Below are positions 1-8,142 of a stretch of 64,000 nt of DNA, in pieces. Both the position numbers and the translations under genes were made by a program. The DNA is from Bacteroidota bacterium. Its GTDB lineage: Bacteria > Bacteroidota > Ignavibacteria > UBA10030 > SZUA-254. Location of the stretch: assembly GCA_035495255.1 (NCBI GenBank), contig DATJGD010000074.1:318-64317 (forward strand), read 5' to 3'. Positions within the stretch are counted from its first letter, which is position 1; each line of letters begins with the position of its first letter. The notes beneath the pieces are model-generated. The model did not search any database and was not told the origin of the DNA. It worked only from the letters and a program-made list of their open reading frames with translations.

Positions 1-19
1 AGAGGAAAAAGCGGAAGGG

Positions 20-48
20 TTGACAACCCCCTCCCAATCATCTATATT
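20..48 (+). promoter_or_regulatory. sigma70-type promoter TTGACA-N17-TATATT upstream of the 85..2889 gene
   Basis: TTGACA at 20-25, 17-nt spacer, TATATT at 43-48, 36 nt before ATG at 85. Confidence 0.45.
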
Positions 49-84
49 ACGAGTGTCATTTCACATCGGGAGAAGAATAGACAA

Positions 85-2889
85 ATGCGCAAGAGAATCA
101 TGCTGAGGACCCATTTCTTCCTCGTATCCATTTCCGTAGTTGGGATTCTCCTGTTACCTTCGCAATCCCCTTCACAGTGGGCACAGCTCAATGGACCCTA
201 TGGCGGAGCTGTTCTTTCGCTAAGGTATGCAAATTCAAAGATGTATGCCGGAACGACGGGAGGCCTGTGGGTGTCTTCCGACACCGGAGCCTCATGGACG
301 CAGCTCTCGCGGGGGCGAACACGACAAGTCGGAGTATTTTCTTCGGGAACAATCATCGCCGGCGAGAACCCGGATCATGTCTTTCGTTCAACGGATGGCG
401 GGGTGAGCTGGGCGCCGGTATCTCTCGGCAATCCTTCGGCAATCCTCATTTCCATCAATTTCCTTCAGGGGGATGTTGCGCTCGCAGGCGCTACGACGGG
501 TCTCTTTAAATCTGTTAATGACGGGCTCACGTGGTCGCAGATCACGACGGGCCTCCCATCCGGGGAAGTCGACGCAATGGCGGTTGATTCCTCCGGCCGC
601 CTGTTTCTGACAAGCGGAGTCGACATATACCGTTCAGCAGACACCGGCGCGTCCTGGAACAAAGTTTATCACGATCCCAATAATCATTCCGTGCGATCAA
701 TTGCGGCTACCTCGTTGGGAAGCGTTTTTGCTGCTCAATACGGCGGAGGTGTTCTTCGCTCAACTGACGGCGGCGTAGTATGGACTCTCCTCAATCCCAC
801 GTTCAGCAATACGTACCAGTCCATTTGCTCAACCCCCTCCGGCGCCGTTGTTGCCGGTCTCGATGGCGGGGGGATGGTACGAACGACTGATAATGGTACA
901 ACATGGACTGACCTCTTGAGGCCTACGTATTATCAGATAATGTCACTCATGTCCGGCGCAGCCGGCGACATATTTGTCGGCTCGGCGGGTGCCGGGGTCT
1001 TCCGTTCCTCCGACCTCGGCTCAACCTGGAGTTCCATCTCTAACGGCATGGCTGCGACGAGCATTGCATCACTCTGCGTCATTCCGGGCGGGACATCTGT
1101 GGCAGCACGTCTGGGTGACGTGTTCCGGTCTACCGACAACGGGTTAAACTGGACTAACAGAGAAATTGATGTGGTCGACTACAACCAAAGCTCTGTCATT
1201 CGAAGTGACTCAGGGAACTACTTCTTTGCCAACTCGTATGGGGTCTACCGTTCGACTGACGACGCACTCACCTGGACAAGCGTGAGCGGCAGTATCGGAT
1301 TCGACTTTTATGGCCTTATCACAACAGCTGAGGGTGCTATCCTTGCCGGCAGCCGATACTTGTATCGATCCTCGGACGAAGGTGCAACGTGGGCGATGGT
1401 ACTTTCTGACCCTGTCAGCACCTACGATTTTGCCAGGTTGCGGACAGGCGAGCTGTTTGCAGGCACGGCCGCAGGGATCTACCGTTCAACCAATGACGGC
1501 CGCAGTTGGCAGGCGTTCAGCGATAGCTTCCACACCAGGTATGTCGCCTCGATCGTTGTCTATGGTGACAGCACGCTCTACGCCGGGATCGGCGGTCAGA
1601 CCGGCGGAATCTATCGTTCTACAAATCACGGAAGCTCATGGAAGTTAGTTTTCCACGATAACGCGTCGAATCCGGATTATCACCTGTCTATCAATCGGAA
1701 TGGTGATGTCTATGCCGCCATCTCAAGGCAGGACGTTCGCCGTTCCACGGATGGAGGATCAACCTGGAGTCTCATGAATGACGAAATCTCCGACAGGGAG
1801 CCGTTGTGCATTCAGATAGCCAAGGATCATTTTGCGTACGTCGGAACCGCCCGGGGCGGCGTGTATCGCACCGTCTCGTGGACGCTTCGCCCTCCCGACG
1901 CGCCGATCGGCCTCCGCCCGTCAAACGATACGGTGAACGCTCCGCTCAGCGTCACGTTGCGTTGGCGTGAGCAACTCGCCGCGGACACATACCATCTTCA
2001 GGTATCCACCGACTCACTCTTCGCATCAAATATCATCGTCGATGACTCGGCCCTGAGCGTTTTGTACCGTGAGGTATCTAACCTTATTCCCGGCGTACGC
2101 TACTTTTGGAGATTGAACGGAACCAATGAAGCGGGGACGGGACCCTTTTCTGAAATCTGGCATTTTACAACGATGCCTCCTCCCGCAATCGTAACCTTAG
2201 TTTCTCCGGCAAACGGGGCGATGCTTCCCGGGGACAATGTTGCAGTTGTCTGGAAGAAGAGCTTCCCCGCCGTCACGCGGTACTGGGTCGAGTACGGATC
2301 TGACTCCCTTTTCCTGAACTCGGTGGTGGATTCTGCCGTCGTCGACACGCAACAACATCTTTCCGGATTCGGACTCGATACGACGTATTGGTGGAAGGTG
2401 CGTGCGTACAATGCATCGGGGTGGGGTGGGTTCAGCGAACTCCGCCGGTTCTCCCCTTTCACGACCGGCATCGATGTACGGCCTGCCTGGAATATGGTCT
2501 CCGTACCCCGCACCGTTTCTGATTACCGTAAGACTGTCCTCTTCCCGACCGCATCATCAAGCGCCTTTGCATATGATACTTCGGGATACGGAACTGCAGA
2601 CACGCTCATGAACGGCAAGGGATATTGGGTGAAATTCCCTTCGAGCAACGTAGTCGCTATCACCGGATCGTCAAGAACAACCGATACTATATCTGTGAAT
2701 GCGGACTGGAATCTCGTCGGAACCATTTCGGTCCCGGTTCCCGCCACTTCCATCCTTTCAATCCCCGATGGAATTTTGGCGAGCGGTTTCTTCGGATACA
2801 GCACAAGCTATTTTACAGCGGATACATTGAAGCCGGGGGGCGCGTATTGGGTGAAGGTGAGTTCTCCGGGGAAGATAATTTTGAAGTAG
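85..2889 (+). CDS. secreted Asp-box (BNR) repeat beta-propeller protein with two FN3-like domains and a C-terminal duplicated GWN..GYWVK module
   Basis: N-terminal signal peptide; ~13 repeats of S/T-x-D-G-x-S/T-W (STDGGVSW, SADTGASW, TTDNGTTW...); FN3-like segments (LRWRE..YHLQVSTD, VVWKK..YWVEYGSD); C-terminal 138 aa paralogous to C-termini of 11542..13809 and 17892..19409; no T9SS CTD. Confidence 0.75.
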   Translation: MRKRIMLRTHFFLVSISVVGILLLPSQSPSQWAQLNGPYGGAVLSLRYANSKMYAGTTGGLWVSSDTGASWTQLSRGRTRQVGVFSSGTIIAGENPDHVFRSTDGGVSWAPVSLGNPSAILISINFLQGDVALAGATTGLFKSVNDGLTWSQITTGLPSGEVDAMAVDSSGRLFLTSGVDIYRSADTGASWNKVYHDPNNHSVRSIAATSLGSVFAAQYGGGVLRSTDGGVVWTLLNPTFSNTYQSICSTPSGAVVAGLDGGGMVRTTDNGTTWTDLLRPTYYQIMSLMSGAAGDIFVGSAGAGVFRSSDLGSTWSSISNGMAATSIASLCVIPGGTSVAARLGDVFRSTDNGLNWTNREIDVVDYNQSSVIRSDSGNYFFANSYGVYRSTDDALTWTSVSGSIGFDFYGLITTAEGAILAGSRYLYRSSDEGATWAMVLSDPVSTYDFARLRTGELFAGTAAGIYRSTNDGRSWQAFSDSFHTRYVASIVVYGDSTLYAGIGGQTGGIYRSTNHGSSWKLVFHDNASNPDYHLSINRNGDVYAAISRQDVRRSTDGGSTWSLMNDEISDREPLCIQIAKDHFAYVGTARGGVYRTVSWTLRPPDAPIGLRPSNDTVNAPLSVTLRWREQLAADTYHLQVSTDSLFASNIIVDDSALSVLYREVSNLIPGVRYFWRLNGTNEAGTGPFSEIWHFTTMPPPAIVTLVSPANGAMLPGDNVAVVWKKSFPAVTRYWVEYGSDSLFLNSVVDSAVVDTQQHLSGFGLDTTYWWKVRAYNASGWGGFSELRRFSPFTTGIDVRPAWNMVSVPRTVSDYRKTVLFPTASSSAFAYDTSGYGTADTLMNGKGYWVKFPSSNVVAITGSSRTTDTISVNADWNLVGTISVPVPATSILSIPDGILASGFFGYSTSYFTADTLKPGGAYWVKVSSPGKIILK

Positions 2890-3108
2890 ATTATCTTACG
2901 AACTTGTACCCCGCGGCATGAATCGTGAGGAGATGTTTGGGGTTCGCCGGGTCGTCGGGATGTTCTCGTCGTCTTCATATCCCAATACGTCTGTCAGGAG
3001 CATAGCTCTCGACAAAATCCCCCCAATTCTTGCCAGAACGGCTACCACGATGGGTCTATTTCTCTGTTGATAATAGTTGCCCCATTTGTTAAGCTTTAAG
3101 AGGCTCTC

Positions 3109-3339
3109 ATGAAATTAAAGATTGTGATCTTAATTGCGTTCCCTTCCATTGCATTCGCGCAGGGGGATAGATGGCTGCCGACAAATGGCCCTTTCGTAAA
3201 CGGAAGAACGATTCGTTCCTTGTGCATTGACTCGAGCGGAATAATTTTTGCAGGCGCCCTGAACGATCGCGTGTATTTCTCACGACCCCAACCACAGCAT
3301 CCGTCCTCTGGGATGAAACAAGACAGCCGGGCATCATGA
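3109..3339 (+). pseudogene. possible remnant of a BNR-propeller paralog (signal peptide plus first blade only)
   Basis: MKLKIVILIAFPSIAFAQGDRWLPTNGPFVNGRTIRSLCIDSSGIIFAGALNDRVY parallels the N-terminus of the 85..2889 protein (QWAQLNGPYGGAVLSLRYANSKMYAGTTGGLWVS); ORF ends after 76 aa. Confidence 0.3.
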
Positions 3340-3869
3340 ACCCTTCCGATTATCACTGTGGCGACTGTGGAGGGAATATTTCTGAAAGTGATCTGCTCTG
3401 TCCAACATGCGGGGCAACTCTCGAGTGGCCCGATGCCAAACAAGCCGACGATAGCAAGATACCAATCGAGCATACACATTTTGTTCGTGCGTTCAGGTCC
3501 GGCAGGCTGTGGGAAATCGATATGGCGCGTGATGAACTCAAGAATGCCGACATCCCCTTTTTCGTGCGCGAAGAAAATCTTAGCGGACTTTCATTGGCTT
3601 TTCCGGCGATTCCCGCACCCGGTATCGGAGTAACATGGAGTATTCTTGTACCGGAATCCTTCGTTGACAAGGCGAAGGAAGCCCTTACTTCCTTGCCGAT
3701 TGAAGTCGATAAGCAACCTGGCTTTTGGGACTTTACCACTGACTCGAAAGTGCAACGAGGCCTGAAGATTTTTATTTGGACAATGCTGATTTTTTATGGG
3801 TATATGATTTTCGGAAGAATGATTTATGGTTTGTTCGCGGGCCTCCTCCGTGGTATCTTCAGACATTAG
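3336..3869 (+). CDS. zinc-ribbon / DUF2007-like (putative signal-transducing) membrane protein
   Basis: N-terminal CGDCGG..CPTCG zinc ribbon; middle segment FVRAFRSGRLWEIDMARDELKNADIPFFV resembles the DUF2007 fold; C-terminal hydrophobic helix. Confidence 0.45.
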   Translation: MNPSDYHCGDCGGNISESDLLCPTCGATLEWPDAKQADDSKIPIEHTHFVRAFRSGRLWEIDMARDELKNADIPFFVREENLSGLSLAFPAIPAPGIGVTWSILVPESFVDKAKEALTSLPIEVDKQPGFWDFTTDSKVQRGLKIFIWTMLIFYGYMIFGRMIYGLFAGLLRGIFRH

Positions 3870-3984
3870 ATGAAATAAGCACACTTCAGTTCACAATGAC
3901 GTGTGGATATGTATATCGAGAATACTTCCGTCACAGAACGCCAACAAGAATCTCAATAATGTGCGTAACTGAATTGAGAGTACG

Positions 3985-4635
3985 ATGATGAAAGTAATCC
4001 TCACAGGCGCAACAGGTATGGTCGGCGAGGGCGTTCTATTCGAATGCCTGGATAATGCCGCCGTTTCCGAAGTGCTGATGGTTAATCGGAGGCATTACAA
4101 TATTTCACATCCGAAACTGAAGGAACTTTTGGTCACTAACTTTCTTCTGATCGAAAAATATTCTGAGCAATTACGCGGATACGACGCGTGCTTCTACTGT
4201 GCCGGTGTAAGCTCCGTAGGAATGAATGAAGCAGATTATTCCAGAATTACCTACGACACAACCCTGGCATTCGCAAACGCGGTTTTGCAGCAAAATCCAA
4301 CCATGGTGTTCATATTTGTCACCGGAGCCAGAACTGACAGTTCGGAAAAAGGAAAGGTTATGTGGGCGCGGGTAAAAGGCAGGACCGAAAACGCGTTGAT
4401 GCAGCTCGCCTTTAAGCATGTGTTCACTTTCCGGCCGGCAATAATGAAGGCGACGAAGGGACAGGTTAACGTAAAGACAATCTACAGGATTTTGGGTCCG
4501 ATCATAGCACCCTTCTATCCCGCAAAGACTCTTACACTGAAGCAGGTGGCACAGGCAATGATTCATGCCGTGGTGAAAGGCTATCCCAAACCAATTTTAG
4601 AAGTGGACGATATCTTAAAATTATCTCAGCAATAG
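3985..4635 (+). CDS. NAD(P)H-binding Rossmann-fold protein (atypical SDR/epimerase-like)
   Basis: MKVILTGATGMVGEGVL glycine-rich dinucleotide-binding N-terminus; 216 aa. Confidence 0.6.
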   Translation: MMKVILTGATGMVGEGVLFECLDNAAVSEVLMVNRRHYNISHPKLKELLVTNFLLIEKYSEQLRGYDACFYCAGVSSVGMNEADYSRITYDTTLAFANAVLQQNPTMVFIFVTGARTDSSEKGKVMWARVKGRTENALMQLAFKHVFTFRPAIMKATKGQVNVKTIYRILGPIIAPFYPAKTLTLKQVAQAMIHAVVKGYPKPILEVDDILKLSQQ

Positions 4636-4665
4636 TTACCGGAATAAACCTTTATTGACGAGGCC

Positions 4666-5145
4666 TTGATGGACGACTATCTTGAAAACGCAACGCTTCA
4701 CTCCACCACCAACTCCGGCACAATCCGTCGTATCGCGTTCGCCAACCTTCCCAGGATGGCAAAGCTTGAAATTATGTGGGAGTGGTTCTGGAGGTCAATG
4801 ATCGTTACGGTCGTAGCCCTTATTGTGGCGATGATAGTCGGATTTTTCTTCGGCGTCGGGATTGGCCTCTTCCTCGTCGCCCTGAAGATTCCCACTGAAC
4901 CGTTTAAGCTCCTCTTTCAGGTGCTGGGATTCGCGCTCGGGCTTGCCACCGGATTTCTCAGCCTTAATTTTCTTATAGCGTGGCTCACGCGGTCTCAGCT
5001 CGGCGCATACGAGCTGTGGCTTGTCCAGCCTGCCGGTTTCGAAATCCCTGCATCCGAAGTATCCAACAAACTTACTTCTCCGGATACTTCGCAACGCACT
5101 CCCTCGTCAATCTCTCATAATTCTCCGGATCCAGCTTCCTGGTGA
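4666..5145 (+). CDS. hypothetical membrane protein
   Basis: three predicted TM helices (MIVTVVALIVAMIVGFFFGVGIGLFLVAL..); no recognisable motifs. Confidence 0.4.
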   Translation: MMDDYLENATLHSTTNSGTIRRIAFANLPRMAKLEIMWEWFWRSMIVTVVALIVAMIVGFFFGVGIGLFLVALKIPTEPFKLLFQVLGFALGLATGFLSLNFLIAWLTRSQLGAYELWLVQPAGFEIPASEVSNKLTSPDTSQRTPSSISHNSPDPASW

Positions 5146-5352
5146 TATAGTCCAGCTTTTCTTCCTTCCGGCTGTCCCCCTCTTTTGACGCGGGAGCTTT
5201 CCTTTTGAGAATGCCCGGTTTCATTTTTCCTCCGATAACATGATGTATAGTATTGAGAACAAAAGTTTGCGGAAGGACGTCCTCCCATCAGGAACATCAA
5301 TCCAAGGAACTGCACCCACCCCTCCATCGTTGCACGTAAGGAGGGGGATGGT

Positions 5353-5673
5353 ATGGATACTACATCGTACTGTATCGACACTACTCCGGTTCCACGCTTT
5401 CCTAAAGTGTCACGAAACCTCCGGGCCGACGTCGTTGTCGTGGGGGGTGGGATCGCCGGCGTCACCGCAGCTTACCTGTTCAAGAAAGCGGGCTGCGATG
5501 TCGTTCTCGCCGGGCCTGCGGAGGAGGATTTGGAGAAAGTGCACGTAGAAGCTACCTGGGACAAGACCCTCGTCCTCGGGGATTTCATTCACCCTTCTCC
5601 TTTGCACAATTCCCGTTTTTTTTGCATCTTGTGCGATCACAAAGGGCCGCCATGCCCTAAAAACAGCCCGTAA
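5353..5673 (+). pseudogene. FAD-dependent oxidoreductase N-terminal fragment
   Basis: ADVVVVGGGIAGVTAAYLFKKAGCDVVL GxGxxG FAD/NAD fold followed by only ~60 aa; no continuation in other frames. Confidence 0.3.
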
Positions 5674-5724
5674 CTCATTCCCATGGCGTCCGTTCCTCAG
5701 AACTTCACATAAAGGATTACCATC

Positions 5725-7914
5725 ATGTACAAACGCATTGTATTGCTGACTATTCTTGTCGGATGCCTTGTTGTGCTTCCCACAACGATCTTCTCCGACG
5801 AAGGAATGTGGCTTCTCACACAGCTCGACAAGCTTCCCTGGGCGCACATGAAGCAACACGGCCTGGAGCTCACTCCCGAACAGATTTATAACCCGAATGG
5901 AACGAGCATCACCGATGCGATCGTCCTCTTCGGCGGCGGAACAAGCTCGTTCGTTTCAGCCGACGGGCTCGTCCTGACGAACCACCACGTCGCCTTCTCC
6001 GCGATTCAATCGGTCAGCTCCGTCCAGGAAGATTATCTGAAGGATGGATTCTATGCCGAGACCCGCGACAAAGAACTTTCTGTTCCGTCCTACACGGCCC
6101 AGATTGTCATCGGCATTAAAGATGTCTCGTCGGAAGTCCTAAGCGCAGTGAGCGACACAATGTCGGCCGAGGCCAGAGCGAAAGCGATCACGGCAAAATC
6201 GCGCGAGATCGAAAAATCTGCCAAAGGCACGAGCGACAACGAATGCCGCATTTCCGAAATGTACTTCGGCGTGAAATACATTCTTTACACGTATGAAGTT
6301 CTGCGCGACTGCCGCCTCGTCTACGCCCCTCCGACTTCCATCGGCAACTACGGCGGCGAGATCGACAACTGGTACTGGCCGCGTCACACGGGCGATTTCT
6401 CGTTCATGCGCGTCTACACGGGCCCGGACGGAAAGCCGGCGAAGTATTCGAAGCAGAACGTTCCGTATAAACCGCGGACATTCCTTCCTTTTTCAATTTC
6501 GGGACTTAATGAAGGCGACTTCGCCATGATCATGGGCTTCCCGGGACGCACATTCCGCTACCGCACCTCCATGGAAATCCAGCTCGCGAAAGACGAAACG
6601 CTTCCGCTGACGATGGATATATTTAAGACGCGGATGGATATTATCGAGGCGGGCGGAAATAATAACCGCGCGGTGCAAATCCAGTATGCCAGCAAGTGGC
6701 GAGGAATGGCAAACACCTATAAAAATTACGAAGGGGTCCTTGAAGGGATGAAGCGGTCCGATATCATGAAAGAACGGACGGCGGTGGAGGCGGATTTTAC
6801 GAAGTTTCTCGCCGCAAAGCCCGAGCTGCAGGCCAAATACGGCAACGTCATGAAACAGATCGCGGACAACTACGAGACGCTTAAAGGATTCAGCCGGAAG
6901 CAGGTGGTGATGGGCGCGCTGCTGAGCGCCACCGATCTGGTGCAGGTCGCACTCCGGTTCAACAACTTTGCCGGGGCGTTTGTGAAGGATTCAGTGTCGG
7001 GTAAGATGAAGCCGACTGACGCGAGCGTCGCCGACATGAACGATTTTCTTGCGGGAGTGTTCAAGAACTTCGACCTCACTGTCGATAAGGACCTCCTCGC
7101 CGCAATGATTACGAAGGCGGGAGATCTGCCCGCAGGCCAGCGCATTGCCCGCGTCGACAAAATCGTCGGCCAGCACACCGGCGAGGGCTTAAAGAAATCG
7201 GCCCGCGAGTTTGTGGATGATCTTTACAAACACGGCAAGATCACCACGCTCGAGGATTGCATGAACCTCATGAAGAAATCCGCCGACGACATCAAGGATA
7301 ACGACTTCGTGAAGTTCGCGGTTGACCTTACGACAGAGAATACCCCGCTTCAGGCTCAGGCGGCGAGCTTTAACGCCAAGATCGGGCTTGCGCGCGCGAG
7401 ACTTCTCGAAGCGTGGATGGCATGGAAAGGCCCCGACATTTATCCGGATGCCAACCGCACACTCCGGTTAACCTACGGAGAAGTGAAATCGTATGACGCC
7501 CGCGACGCGGTGCACTACAAATACGAGACAACGCTCGGCGGCGTGATGGAAAAAGAGACCGGCGTCGATCCGTTCATCGTTTCGCCGAAGCTGCGCGATC
7601 TGTGGGAGAAAAAGGATTTCGGACAGTACGCGGACAAGAAGGTCGGAGACGTGCCGGTGGCATTCCTGGCGAACCTCGACATTACCGGCGGCAACTCCGG
7701 CAGCCCCGTCATCAACGGCAGAGGCGAGGTCATCGGGCTTGCGTTCGACGGCAACTGGGAAGCGGTGGTCGGAGACTACCTCTACCAGGACGAGCTTAAC
7801 CGCTCGATCAACGTCGATTCGCGGTATATATTGTTCGTGTTGGATAAGTTCTCCAACGCACGCACCCTCCTGAACGAACTCAGCGTGAAGGACGGCCAGC
7901 GGTCCATGAAGTAA
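5725..7914 (+). CDS. S46 family dipeptidyl-peptidase (DPP7/DPP11-like serine peptidase)
   Basis: signal peptide then the hallmark DEGMWLL N-terminus of mature S46 peptidases; catalytic-serine motif GGNSGSPV near C-terminus; ~720 aa typical length. Confidence 0.9.
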   Translation: MYKRIVLLTILVGCLVVLPTTIFSDEGMWLLTQLDKLPWAHMKQHGLELTPEQIYNPNGTSITDAIVLFGGGTSSFVSADGLVLTNHHVAFSAIQSVSSVQEDYLKDGFYAETRDKELSVPSYTAQIVIGIKDVSSEVLSAVSDTMSAEARAKAITAKSREIEKSAKGTSDNECRISEMYFGVKYILYTYEVLRDCRLVYAPPTSIGNYGGEIDNWYWPRHTGDFSFMRVYTGPDGKPAKYSKQNVPYKPRTFLPFSISGLNEGDFAMIMGFPGRTFRYRTSMEIQLAKDETLPLTMDIFKTRMDIIEAGGNNNRAVQIQYASKWRGMANTYKNYEGVLEGMKRSDIMKERTAVEADFTKFLAAKPELQAKYGNVMKQIADNYETLKGFSRKQVVMGALLSATDLVQVALRFNNFAGAFVKDSVSGKMKPTDASVADMNDFLAGVFKNFDLTVDKDLLAAMITKAGDLPAGQRIARVDKIVGQHTGEGLKKSAREFVDDLYKHGKITTLEDCMNLMKKSADDIKDNDFVKFAVDLTTENTPLQAQAASFNAKIGLARARLLEAWMAWKGPDIYPDANRTLRLTYGEVKSYDARDAVHYKYETTLGGVMEKETGVDPFIVSPKLRDLWEKKDFGQYADKKVGDVPVAFLANLDITGGNSGSPVINGRGEVIGLAFDGNWEAVVGDYLYQDELNRSINVDSRYILFVLDKFSNARTLLNELSVKDGQRSMK

Positions 7915-7937
7915 GCGATCGTTTCAATTATGTCGAA

Positions 7938-7969
7938 GGCTGCCCCGTTCCGCGGGGCAGCTTTTTTTT
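7938..7969 (+). terminator. Rho-independent terminator after the S46 peptidase gene
   Basis: GGCTGCCCCG-TTCC-CGGGGCAGC hairpin followed by TTTTTTTT. Confidence 0.8.
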
Positions 7970-8045
7970 AGCGCCGCCACTCATACGCAATACCTCAAAA
8001 TCTGCAAAAACAGCCCTCCTTTATGGCGGATTAATCTTAATTTAC

Positions 8046-8074
8046 TTGACATTGCAGCCCATCCTTAGTATACT
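8046..8074 (+). promoter_or_regulatory. sigma70-type promoter TTGACA-N17-TATACT
   Basis: TTGACA 8046-8051, 17-nt spacer, TATACT 8069-8074, ~70 nt upstream of ATG 8143. Confidence 0.5.
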
Positions 8075-8142
8075 AAAAGAGTCCCGCACACCTTGCTTGT
8101 TGTCGTTACCGTCCGTTCATGTCCACATTCTAGGGGTCCATT

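Noticed and set aside
5618-5632. TGTG-CGAT-CACA inverted repeat upstream of the S46 peptidase
   Set aside because: The spacing (4 nt) is incompatible with CRP/FNR-type TGTGA-N6-TCACA sites. It is a short palindrome likely to occur by chance.
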